Positions 17,762 to 27,251 of a stretch of DNA of 64,000 nucleotides are shown one piece after another (position 1 is the first letter of the stretch; each line of letters opens with the position of its first letter). The notes beneath the pieces are model-generated. The model was not told the origin of the DNA. It searched no databases and was given only the letters and a program-made list of their open reading frames with translations. Origin of the DNA: a virus; IMG/VR virus record IMGVR_UViG_3300050015_000276, positions 1 through 64,000 of that record, one strand, 5' to 3'. Made by a program: the position numbers and the translations under genes.

Positions 17762-19015
17762 ATGGACTTCGCAACAGATTTCCAAATAAAAGAAATTGTC
17801 ATTGAAGGAATTAATGGTGTAGAAACAGACATCGTTAATCAAATGGCAGAACTGAATGTATATGAAGACATTCATACTTCATGTATAACTGCCAATATTG
17901 TTGTTGATGACGCACTGAACCAAATTAAAACTCTTCCTATCACCGGACATGAATGGATTAGATTTTCTTTCAGTACTCCCGGAAAACAAGAAATATCTTT
18001 ACATTTACGGATCTTTAAAATCGATTCCCGTGAATTGGAGAAAATGCATCGGCAGGTTTATGTTATTCATTGTGTGGATAATTTAGAATTTATCAACGCA
18101 CAGACGAGAATAAGTAAGGCATATAAAGGTAAATTGATTAGTGATATCGCAACAGATATACAAACCTATTTTCTTGGTTCAAATTTTAACTTTATCGAAA
18201 CTACAAGAAACTTACATCATATCATACCAGCCTATTGGACTCCTTTCAAGACATTAAATTTCTTGGCTGCAAGAGCCAACTCAATTCAATATGCCGGATC
18301 GAATTTCATTTATTACCAAACTGTAGATGGATTTAATTTTGTATCCATTGAAAAGCTTTGCGATTCTACACCACGTATTCATTATATGGTGCAACCTGCG
18401 AATATTAGAGAAGATAGTTCATCTGGACATTCTACACGAACTGTGGATGTTGATGAAGTGGCTATCCAATCATATAAGTTTGTAAATAACTTCGATACGT
18501 TAGATAATGTAACACACGGAATGTATACTAATCGTTTGTTGTGGTACGATATTCAAAATAAAACATTCGGTACAAACGATTTTAATTATTCGGATTCTTA
18601 CAACAAATATAAACATGTGGAGTTCAATAATGTGAAAGGTGGTAGTTCACAATTATGGACATCGAAATCTGATTTTGATAATGATGCTTATGGAGAAATG
18701 CGTTTTATGTCTACTGGACTTCCAAATCAAGAAAATTATCACCAGCAATGGATTCAACAAAGAATTTCGCAGATGCAGCAACTCCAGAATGTTAGTTTAC
18801 ATGTAACTGTTCCTGGAGATAGTGAACGTAGAGCCGGTAATATAGTTCAAATTACTTTACCATCTCCTGAAGCCAATATTGAAAATCAACTCCAAATTGA
18901 TGATTACTTTACGAATCGTTATTTGGTAGCTAGTGTTCGCCATCAACTAAATCGCCAACAATATACTACTTCAGTAGATTTAATAAAGGATTCTATTGCT
19001 TCTGTGTACCCCTAA
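17762..19015 (+). CDS. Baseplate hub, gp27-like
   Basis: LNVYEDI, LPITGHE, RISKAY, FIYYQTVDGFNFVSIE, VPGD..RRAG.IV, YLVASVRH; between gp53 and gp5. Confidence 0.8.
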   Translation: MDFATDFQIKEIVIEGINGVETDIVNQMAELNVYEDIHTSCITANIVVDDALNQIKTLPITGHEWIRFSFSTPGKQEISLHLRIFKIDSRELEKMHRQVYVIHCVDNLEFINAQTRISKAYKGKLISDIATDIQTYFLGSNFNFIETTRNLHHIIPAYWTPFKTLNFLAARANSIQYAGSNFIYYQTVDGFNFVSIEKLCDSTPRIHYMVQPANIREDSSSGHSTRTVDVDEVAIQSYKFVNNFDTLDNVTHGMYTNRLLWYDIQNKTFGTNDFNYSDSYNKYKHVEFNNVKGGSSQLWTSKSDFDNDAYGEMRFMSTGLPNQENYHQQWIQQRISQMQQLQNVSLHVTVPGDSERRAGNIVQITLPSPEANIENQLQIDDYFTNRYLVASVRHQLNRQQYTTSVDLIKDSIASVYP

Positions 19016-19125
19016 AGTATTAATTCTTATAGATTTAAAATTATTCCTAAAATAGCTTGCTTTCCAGCTTGACACATGCTACAATGCTTGTGTAGCCTAT
19101 TAATGAATTTACTTAAAGATACTTT

Positions 19126-19392
19126 ATGCCTTATAACTTACCAGAACAATTAGGAAGAAGTTTGCCACAAATTGCATTAGATGTTCATATGACAACAACT
19201 GGATCATATGAAAGATCTGATAAAGACCAACAAGCAGATATTGAATTGCTTGGATATAAAATGGATCATTGGGAACCAACAGAAAATAAAAAAGATTTGG
19301 CTTTTGATAGAGCCGTATTAAATTTAATTGGTCTTGCGTGGGTTGAAACAGAATTAAAAAGAACTGAACATTATGAACTGTCCAATATGTAA
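19126..19392 (+). CDS. Hypothetical protein (inserted cassette)
   Basis: 88-aa ORF after TTGCTT-17-TACAAT (19057-19085). Confidence 0.55.
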   Translation: MPYNLPEQLGRSLPQIALDVHMTTTGSYERSDKDQQADIELLGYKMDHWEPTENKKDLAFDRAVLNLIGLAWVETELKRTEHYELSNM

Positions 19393-19648
19393 AACAAAGA
19401 TGAAAGCTGAAGTGAAATTAACTGGTGGATGTAGGGGACATGATAGTGGGTATCGTTGTTATTGTGACTCTGCCGATGTGCATATAGAATTTTCTTGTCC
19501 AAATTCTCAGACTGTTTTCTATAAAGATGGCAAATGGATCAAAAATAAAAAACGTTGTAAACAACCAAATTTGAATGTTAGTGAATTGTCGGATCAATAT
19601 TCATTAGCTCGGTGGTTATCAGAATATTATGTTCCTACTGAAGGATAA
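19373..19648 (+). CDS. Cys-rich Zn-ribbon-like protein
   Basis: MNCPIC, GGCRGH, CYCD, CPN. Confidence 0.55.
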   Translation: MNCPICKTKMKAEVKLTGGCRGHDSGYRCYCDSADVHIEFSCPNSQTVFYKDGKWIKNKKRCKQPNLNVSELSDQYSLARWLSEYYVPTEG

Positions 19649-19766
19649 GAAATATGAATAAATTATGGATGATATTGTGTGGTCGTTGTACCACATGTGG
19701 AGCCAAGAAAGTTTGGTTTAAGTCGTGTTTGTTATGTATGTTCGATTACATGAATAGGAAATAAAA

Positions 19767-20012
19767 GTGCTGGAATATCAAATAATTCTGATGGTTTATA
19801 TGTCGGCTCAAGGTGGTAGTTCAGTAAAGAAGATTATCCGAGGGTCTGATCGTGACAACATGGTAACAAAATTTAAATATATTTGTGATCTTGTCACCGA
19901 TAAAAGAAAAGTAAGAGAATTGGCATCCTGGGCTTTGGATAATAGCATTTCTGGAATTATTGTTGGGGTTGAAGGACTTTATGGTGTTGCCTATGTTAAG
20001 ATTTTGCCATAA
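19767..20012 (+). CDS. Hypothetical protein
   Basis: 81-aa ORF ending just before the gp5 late promoter. Confidence 0.5.
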   Translation: MLEYQIILMVYMSAQGGSSVKKIIRGSDRDNMVTKFKYICDLVTDKRKVRELASWALDNSISGIIVGVEGLYGVAYVKILP

Positions 20013-20020
20013 ATAGTAAT

Positions 20021-21205
20021 ATGCCTGAACCTAATTTCATGGGCCATGAATTTATATGGTTCCATTGTTTTGTAGAAAACCGTCAAGATCCCGATATGTT
20101 AGGAAAAGTCCAGGTGAGAATACTTGGATTTCATAATCCCGACAAAAGCTTTTTACCTACAGATCAATTACTCTGGGCATACATAATGATGCCGGTGAAT
20201 TCAGCTTCTATTTCAGGAATTGGTACCAGTCCTAATGGAATAGTTCCTGGTTCCTGGTGTATAGGATTTTTCAGAGATGGATCAGCATGTCAAGATCCTA
20301 TAATTATCGGAACAATAGGTGGAATTCCTCAATTAGCTGCAAATCCTTCACTAGGTTTTAATGATCCTCGAAACGATTCAGAACTGACCGAAACCCTTCA
20401 GACCGCACCAAGACACATTGCAACTCGTAAATATCCCATTGATGGTTCTGGCGCTCAATTAGAAAATGCATCGCAAGGTGAAAATTATCCTTTAGTGAAT
20501 CAGTTAGGCGAGGCTGATACTAATAGAATAGCGCGTAACCAGAATATTGATAAAACCATTCTTTCAGTTGTAAAACAAATAATTGACACTAATGTTCCTA
20601 TTGCATTTGGTGGTACATGGTCAGAAAGTCCTTTATTCTACAATGGCATTTACCCATACACAATTGTTCAAGAATTTGAAGCTGGTAGTGTTAAAGTTAT
20701 TGATAATACTCCTGGTCATGAAGGTCAATTAGATATTGATCGTTCTGGAACATCTACTCAAATTCAAACTGATGGTTCAAAAGTTGAGAAGATTGTAAAG
20801 AATGGATATACGATTATTATGTCGGATAATCATGTTCATGTGATGGGGAATGAATTTGCGAGAACGGATCATGAGTATAATTTATCTGTTGGTGGTAGAT
20901 GGAATTTAGAGGTTTCTGGAAATATTAATATCAAATCTGGTTCTGGAGGTCTTTATCTTTCAGTGGCCGGTGATGCTAATATATCATCTTCTGGAAAATT
21001 AAATTTAGAATCTTCTGGAGATACCAATGTCAAAGCAACAGGAAATATTAATATTGGTTGTGATATTGGAAAGATAAGTATGGACGCGCTGGCCTTAAAT
21101 GTAAAAGCTAAAACTGCAATATTACTTGATGCGCCATTATTATCATTAAATTCTGGAAAAGCACTTACAATTAAACCAGTATCGAGTGATAAACCTAAAG
21201 CATAA
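20021..21205 (+). CDS. gp5: Baseplate spike gp5 (OB fold + beta-helix, no lysozyme domain)
   Basis: VENRQDPDMLGKVQVRILGFH, LLWAYIMMP, CIGFFRDG..CQDPIIIGTI; C-terminal alternating beta repeats. Confidence 0.9.
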   Translation: MPEPNFMGHEFIWFHCFVENRQDPDMLGKVQVRILGFHNPDKSFLPTDQLLWAYIMMPVNSASISGIGTSPNGIVPGSWCIGFFRDGSACQDPIIIGTIGGIPQLAANPSLGFNDPRNDSELTETLQTAPRHIATRKYPIDGSGAQLENASQGENYPLVNQLGEADTNRIARNQNIDKTILSVVKQIIDTNVPIAFGGTWSESPLFYNGIYPYTIVQEFEAGSVKVIDNTPGHEGQLDIDRSGTSTQIQTDGSKVEKIVKNGYTIIMSDNHVHVMGNEFARTDHEYNLSVGGRWNLEVSGNINIKSGSGGLYLSVAGDANISSSGKLNLESSGDTNVKATGNINIGCDIGKISMDALALNVKAKTAILLDAPLLSLNSGKALTIKPVSSDKPKA

Positions 21206-21213
21206 ATATTGAT

Positions 21214-23196
21214 ATGCAAGCTGCCCAAAATACATTTGTCGAAAATCTACCTGTACTAATTGGAGATCCTGGAATAGCGGCATCTTCTATTACAGGAAGT
21301 ATAGTAGAATCACAAATTAGTTCGGTAAGTGCATTGTCAATTACGGGAACCATTAACGCATCACAAATTAATTCAGTAGATGCGTCCGATATTAATGGAA
21401 TTATAACAGCTTCAGTAATTGGTTACATTCAAGCATCCGGTATTAATGGTGTTATTAATGCTTCTACAATCGGTTATGTGACGGCATCATCTATAAGTGG
21501 CATTATTAATGCATCCACTATCGGTTATGTGGCGGCATCCGGTATTAATGGTATTATTAATGCTTCTACAATTGGATATGTCCAAGCTTCTGGAATATCC
21601 GGTGTTATTAATGCTTCTACAATTGGATATGTCCAAGCTTCTGGAATATCCGGAGTAATAACCGCTTCCGTGATTGGTTATGTGACGGCATCATCTATAA
21701 GTGGCATTATTAATGCATCCACTATCGGTTATGTGGCAGCATCATCTATAAGTGGTGTCATAACAGCATCTAGTATTGGACCAGTTAGTGCCTCGGCAAT
21801 ATATGGATTAATTGTTACTTCACAATTAGAATCTCAAATTATTAAATCTTTGGATTCCTTTGCGGAAAATATTGCCATAGTTCAAAGAGTTACTGTTTTG
21901 CCAACTACAGATGGTTTAACAGAAGGTGCATTGGCATTATTAACAACATCACATCCACCGGCATTATATATGAATCAAGGTGGAACTTGGACATTAGTTA
22001 CAGCATCTACCGCAATAACAGGACAAATAACAAGTGCTGATATTACAAATATTCAAGCATCACAAATTAATGGTTTAATTTTATCGGAACAAATATCTCA
22101 AATTCAAGCAAATCAAATTAATGGAGCAATAACAGCATCAGTAATAGGATTTATTGAATCTTCTGGAATATCTGGAGGAATTCAAGCATCACAAATAACA
22201 GCAGTTTTTGCATCACAAATTTCTGGTGCCATTACTACATCGGTGATTGGATATATTGCGGCATCTGGTATTTCTGGAGGAATTCAAGCATCACAAATTG
22301 GTTCAGTTTATGCTTCAACAATTAATGGGGCAATTACAGCTTCGGTGATTGGATATGTTGCGGCATCAGCGATTTCTGGTGACATTACAGCATCAGTAAT
22401 AGGTCCTATTAATGCATCACAAATTTCTGGAGCAATAGTTGCTTCTCAAATAAATTCAGTTTATGCTTCAACAATTTCTGGTGCCATTACAGCTTCAGTA
22501 ATTGGAACTATTAATGCATCTCAGATTAGTGGCTATATTCAAGCATCTCAGATTAATACGATTAATGCTGGATCAGTAACTATTATTGGTGGATTTTCTG
22601 GAAGTATTATTACATCTGGAACTATTGATGGTTCTTCTGTTAATTTGACAAATATAAATGCCAGTAATATTGTGACAGGAACATTGAATGCGTCTTTTAT
22701 TACTGCTGGTACTATAGGGGCTTCTGTTATATTTGGCGGAACAATAAGTGCAGATCAAATTACTGCCGGAACATTAACTGGCGTGAGCATCGATACGATT
22801 AAGGGATCATTACGTGTAACTTTAAATGTATCATATGGATTAACTATAAATAACGCAATAGCTGGCCAGGGTGCGCAATATAATTATGATGGTATTAATA
22901 TTACACACGGCTTATCTAGTGGACAATTTAGTACTAATGAAGTGTCTGTGGGAAATAATTATCAATATTCGTCAATGTCAAATGATGCTTTAATTATTAA
23001 TAGTTATTCAGTTATTAATGGTGTTAATGGATATTTTGTTGGTCCTGGTGTTAGTATCGGTACTGGTCCTGTAACGGCCGGATCTTTTGGATTTTGGGAT
23101 GGTACAGCATATTGGGCAGGTCTTACCGATACAGTTACTATAGGTGGAGTTGTATTAGTTTATAAGGCAGGTTTGTTATTTAGTCATACTCCATAA
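21214..23196 (+). CDS. Ser/Thr/Ile/Gly-rich repeat fibre or spike protein
   Basis: About eight 17-aa units I(N/T)AS(T/V)IGYVxAS(G/S)I(S/N)G(I/V) plus a second degenerate block; follows gp5. Confidence 0.7.
   Translation: MQAAQNTFVENLPVLIGDPGIAASSITGSIVESQISSVSALSITGTINASQINSVDASDINGIITASVIGYIQASGINGVINASTIGYVTASSISGIINASTIGYVAASGINGIINASTIGYVQASGISGVINASTIGYVQASGISGVITASVIGYVTASSISGIINASTIGYVAASSISGVITASSIGPVSASAIYGLIVTSQLESQIIKSLDSFAENIAIVQRVTVLPTTDGLTEGALALLTTSHPPALYMNQGGTWTLVTASTAITGQITSADITNIQASQINGLILSEQISQIQANQINGAITASVIGFIESSGISGGIQASQITAVFASQISGAITTSVIGYIAASGISGGIQASQIGSVYASTINGAITASVIGYVAASAISGDITASVIGPINASQISGAIVASQINSVYASTISGAITASVIGTINASQISGYIQASQINTINAGSVTIIGGFSGSIITSGTIDGSSVNLTNINASNIVTGTLNASFITAGTIGASVIFGGTISADQITAGTLTGVSIDTIKGSLRVTLNVSYGLTINNAIAGQGAQYNYDGINITHGLSSGQFSTNEVSVGNNYQYSSMSNDALIINSYSVINGVNGYFVGPGVSIGTGPVTAGSFGFWDGTAYWAGLTDTVTIGGVVLVYKAGLLFSHTP
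21400..21800 (+). repeat. 51-bp tandem coding repeat
   Basis: 47-nt exact repeat at 21556 and 21607 (period 51); 62-nt exact repeat at 21472 and 21676 (period 204). Confidence 0.9.
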
Positions 23197-23216
23197 ATAT
23201 TATAAAGGAATATTTT

Positions 23217-24695
23217 GTGAAAATTTTTAATGTGAATTTTTTTGTTAGATTGAAGTTGACGAATATTATCGGCTCGGCAATTGGGCCTTTAGGAAAATTA
23301 TCAGATCTTCAGGTAGTTTTTAATTTGGTTCGTTGTTCTGAAAATGAATTAAACCAAGTAAAGACGACTGATTTGGGAAATGGTATGACATCATATCAGC
23401 CTCCCAATAATAATTTTGGAATGAAAACAATTGAGTTAGAAGATAATATTTGGAAAACTTTAATTTCTGAAATAGAAGATTGGAAACAATTTAATATTAG
23501 TGATCTTGAATGGGTTAATAATTTAAAAGAAGGAAAGAAAGATTTATTTCCTGTTGTAGAAATTCCTAAACCAAAAGAAATTTCTAATGTACAATTGGCT
23601 TCTGTGGCAAGGGAATTAAATGATGCTGAGTTGGCTATATCTTTATCAGATAAAGCAATTCTTGAGAGTGATTCTATTATTCCTTATCAGATAAAGGCTT
23701 CATGTTTGGGAGATCTTTGTAGACACGAAGAGGCTCTAAAAACAGTAGATGCTGGTTTATTAAAAGCTAAAAATGATGTAGAAGGACGTCAACTTTTACA
23801 TGAGAGGGGTTTCCAAAATCTTCTTTTAGGTAATTATGATGAGGGATGGAAATATTGGGAATATAGGACTCAGAGGAAAGAGCTTGGTGAAAATCTCGCA
23901 AAGGTTTGGCCTGGTATATTAGAATGGGATGGGTCTCCAAATCAGAGAGTTTTAGTTTGTGGTGAAAAGGGTTTAGGAGATAGTATTCTTTTTGGACGTT
24001 ATTTGGAAGTTTTACAAGAACGAAATTGCACTGTGCAATTTCTAGCCTCTAAAGCATCGGCTCCTATGGCCGGAATGTTAAAAGGATATCCTGGAGTTTA
24101 TGGAACATATTGTAATGAAGATGCGATTCCACCATTATCGCAATATTGGATAACATTAGAGAGTTTACCAAAATATACAACAGAAATTCCAGAACCTTTT
24201 AAATTTCTAATTCCATTAAATTGGAAAGCTTCAAGCCGCGATGGAAGAAATTTACGTGTTGGATTTTGTTGGCATGGTAATCTAGAATATTCAGCCTCCA
24301 AACAACGCCGGCCAGAGGATTTGAAATTTTGGGAACCAGTATTACAAGTACCCGGAGTAGATTTTATAAGTCTTCAATTGGGAGAACAAGGACCTTGTAA
24401 GACTTTATTACCAGCAACAAATAGTTTGCTGGATACAGTTAAGGAAATTTGTTCTTGTGATTTGGTTATTTCTACAGATACGGCGGTAGTTCATATGGCA
24501 GCAACAACAGGTATACCAACCTGGATGCCATTGCATTATTTGAATTATTGGCCTTGGATTAAAAAAGGCGAAACTGAAACGGTTTGGTATCCATCATTGA
24601 AGATTTATCGTCAAAAAGAAAATAATAATTGGGACCACCCATTTCAAAATATTGCAGAAGATCTCATAAAGGAGAGACTGAAAGGTTCCGAGTGA
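23217..24695 (+). CDS. TPR-containing GT-B glycosyltransferase (GT9/heptosyltransferase-like C-terminus) with extra N-terminal domain
   Basis: TPR-like helices, LLLGNYDEGWKYWEYR, VLVCGEKGLGDSILFGRYL, RVGFCWHGN, DLVISTDTAVVHMAATTGIPTW. Confidence 0.85.
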   Translation: MKIFNVNFFVRLKLTNIIGSAIGPLGKLSDLQVVFNLVRCSENELNQVKTTDLGNGMTSYQPPNNNFGMKTIELEDNIWKTLISEIEDWKQFNISDLEWVNNLKEGKKDLFPVVEIPKPKEISNVQLASVARELNDAELAISLSDKAILESDSIIPYQIKASCLGDLCRHEEALKTVDAGLLKAKNDVEGRQLLHERGFQNLLLGNYDEGWKYWEYRTQRKELGENLAKVWPGILEWDGSPNQRVLVCGEKGLGDSILFGRYLEVLQERNCTVQFLASKASAPMAGMLKGYPGVYGTYCNEDAIPPLSQYWITLESLPKYTTEIPEPFKFLIPLNWKASSRDGRNLRVGFCWHGNLEYSASKQRRPEDLKFWEPVLQVPGVDFISLQLGEQGPCKTLLPATNSLLDTVKEICSCDLVISTDTAVVHMAATTGIPTWMPLHYLNYWPWIKKGETETVWYPSLKIYRQKENNNWDHPFQNIAEDLIKERLKGSE

Positions 24696-24706
24696 AATCT
24701 TCGTTT

Positions 24707-24735
24707 CCTGTACGGTACTCGTAATACCGTACAGG
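24707..24735 (+). terminator. Hairpin after the GT gene
   Basis: CCTGTACGGTA-7 nt-TACCGTACAGG 11-bp stem; weak U tract. Confidence 0.55.
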
Positions 24736-24763
24736 TGTTTATAAAGATGCTAAATATATACAA

Positions 24764-25153
24764 ATGGTACAGAAACCTATATACTCAGATATTAGTCTGA
24801 CTTTTCGAGCAAATCCCGTTACTGGAGATGTTGTAAAACTCTATGACGAAGATTCGGTTAAAGCTTCTGTAATAAACTTAGTTATGACTATGAATTATGA
24901 AATACCATTTCATCCTGAAATTGGTTGTGCCGTACAAGCATCTCTTTTTGATAATATTAGTACAATGACGGCTATTAATATTCGGCGTTCTATTTCTGAT
25001 GTGCTCCAAAATTTTGAACCGCGAGTACAGGTTATTGATGTACAAGTATCCGTTTCACCAGATTCTAATGGTTATAATGCGTTAATAATTTTTCAGGTTA
25101 TTGGACAACCTACGTCCACAACGATTACTTTATTTCTAGAAAAGGAAAGATAA
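24764..25153 (+). CDS. gp25: Baseplate wedge gp25
   Basis: YSDISLTF..NPVTGDV, SVKASVINLV.T..YEIPFHPEIG, NFEPRV. Confidence 0.93.
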   Translation: MVQKPIYSDISLTFRANPVTGDVVKLYDEDSVKASVINLVMTMNYEIPFHPEIGCAVQASLFDNISTMTAINIRRSISDVLQNFEPRVQVIDVQVSVSPDSNGYNALIIFQVIGQPTSTTITLFLEKER

Positions 25154-27250
25154 ATGTCGAATAGTTCTTCCAGTACAAAACTTTCTTTATCATCTCTTGA
25201 TTTTGACGGTATTAAAAATAATTTAATCGCATATCTACAATCTCAAACTGAATTTAGTGATTATCAGTTTGCCGGAAGTGGATTAAATGTAATTCTCAAT
25301 ATACTCGCATATAATTCCACATATTTAGCATACTATTTAAATTTCGTGGCGAATGAGTCTTTTTTGGATTCTGCTGACCGACGAGAAAATATAGTGAGTA
25401 TTGCAAAACAACTTGGTTATACTCCAACATCAAGAAAATCGGCTCAAGCAATAATTAATATAAAAATTATTCCACCAAATAATTCTAATCCGACCATTAC
25501 ACTTGTAATTCCAAAGTATACAACATTCAATACGAATGTCAGCGGAATTAATTATACGTTTGTAACGACCCAAACATATTCGGTTGATTACGATTCAGTT
25601 AATAATTGTTATAGTGCCAATAATATTTCTATTTTTGAAGGTATTCCATATACATTTCAATATACTGTTAGTACTAGTAATCCTATCAAATATGTGATTC
25701 CCAGTCCCAATATTGATACGAGCCAACTGACAGTTCAAATACAGGATAGCGCATTAAGCACTTCATTAACTACATTTAATTTAATAAATGATTTGAATGT
25801 TTTAAATGGAACATCAAATGTCTTCTTTTTACAAGAAGGTGATAATATGCAGTATGAAGTTTATTTTGGAGATGGTATTCTTGGTAAATCCTTAATAGAT
25901 GGAAATATTGTAAATTTAAACTACATCATTTGTAATGCGGATTTGCCCAATTATGCTAATACATTTGCGGTGTCTGGTAATATTGGCGGGTACTCTAATA
26001 TTATAGTTACTACAATTAATCCGGCATCTGGTGGCGCCGAACGAGAAACTAACGATAGTATTAGGTTTAATGCACCTCAAAACTACCAAACGCAAAATAG
26101 AGCCGTAACGGCTTCTGATTATGAAACTATCATTACGAGAGAATATCCGAATGTTGATAGTGTGGCAATTTGGGGTGGTGAAACAAATAATCCTCCAAAG
26201 TATGGAACAGTATTTATTAGTTTGAAACCTGTTTCTGGTTATGTTATAACTAATTTAACAAAACAAAATATTGTAACAAATATATTACAATCGAGAAACA
26301 TTGTTTCTATTGTACCTGTCATTGTAGATCCTGATTATACTTATTTGGTAATTAATTCTATTGTTAAGTATAATGACCAAAGTACTATTCTCTCGTCTGG
26401 ACAATTACAAAACAACGTTCTCAATACAATTCAAAATTTTTCAATAACAAATATTGGACATTTTGGAGATATATTTCGGTATTCTCAATTGGCAAATGTT
26501 ATTGACAATACAGATCCTTCCATATCGAATAATCTAACAACTGTTTTATTACAAAAAAGAATAATTCCTGATTTTAATAATATTGTCAACTATACATTGC
26601 AATTTTCTAATTCATTAATTCCTGGTACATTAACCAGTGATTCGTTTGTGGATTCACAAGATCAAAATTATAGTTTAGGAGAATTATATTATTTTGATGA
26701 TGATGAAAATGGAAATATTAGGATTTACAAATATAAAGGATCAGTAAAATCTTATACTAATATAAAAGCTGGTATAATTTCTTATGATACCGGAACTATT
26801 GTGTTAAACTCCTTTAAACCTTCGGTTGTAACGAATGCCTCACAAAATTTAGGTATTACTGTTCAACCTTTAATTAATGATGTGACTCCAATTCAAAATC
26901 AAATTATTGTTATTGATCCATTAAATATAACAATAAATATGAAAGTTAATTCTCCACCTTCCGTGACATCAGGGAAAAAAGCTTCTTTGATTTCAATTTT
27001 TAATGATACTCGATTTGGCGGATATAATTATTATATTGACCCAATGACAGGAAATGATTCTAATTCCGGAACATCAGTTACAACGGCGTGGGCAACAACA
27101 GCCCAGGCTGATACAATTTCTTTGGCTAATTCACAATCGATAGGTTATAAATATAATGGGTTTTGGTATTTATATCGAGTGCCTGGAATGACAGCCGATC
27201 TCGGACAATTGACCGCAGATATCGTGTCGGCTCCGGCAGATAGTTTCTAA
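25154..27250 (+). CDS. gp6: Baseplate wedge gp6 with C-terminal extension
   Basis: LDFDGIKNNL.AYL..Q.EF.DY.F.GSGL..ILNILAYN, AKQLGYTP.S, YEVYFGDG.LGK, QNRAVTASDY. Confidence 0.95.
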   Translation: MSNSSSSTKLSLSSLDFDGIKNNLIAYLQSQTEFSDYQFAGSGLNVILNILAYNSTYLAYYLNFVANESFLDSADRRENIVSIAKQLGYTPTSRKSAQAIINIKIIPPNNSNPTITLVIPKYTTFNTNVSGINYTFVTTQTYSVDYDSVNNCYSANNISIFEGIPYTFQYTVSTSNPIKYVIPSPNIDTSQLTVQIQDSALSTSLTTFNLINDLNVLNGTSNVFFLQEGDNMQYEVYFGDGILGKSLIDGNIVNLNYIICNADLPNYANTFAVSGNIGGYSNIIVTTINPASGGAERETNDSIRFNAPQNYQTQNRAVTASDYETIITREYPNVDSVAIWGGETNNPPKYGTVFISLKPVSGYVITNLTKQNIVTNILQSRNIVSIVPVIVDPDYTYLVINSIVKYNDQSTILSSGQLQNNVLNTIQNFSITNIGHFGDIFRYSQLANVIDNTDPSISNNLTTVLLQKRIIPDFNNIVNYTLQFSNSLIPGTLTSDSFVDSQDQNYSLGELYYFDDDENGNIRIYKYKGSVKSYTNIKAGIISYDTGTIVLNSFKPSVVTNASQNLGITVQPLINDVTPIQNQIIVIDPLNITINMKVNSPPSVTSGKKASLISIFNDTRFGGYNYYIDPMTGNDSNSGTSVTTAWATTAQADTISLANSQSIGYKYNGFWYLYRVPGMTADLGQLTADIVSAPADSF

Positions 27251-27251
27251 T

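Noticed and set aside
21400-22560. Regular 51-bp repeats as a possible CRISPR array
   Set aside because: In-frame coding repeats with no unique spacers; no cas genes; no CRISPR array seen anywhere in the window
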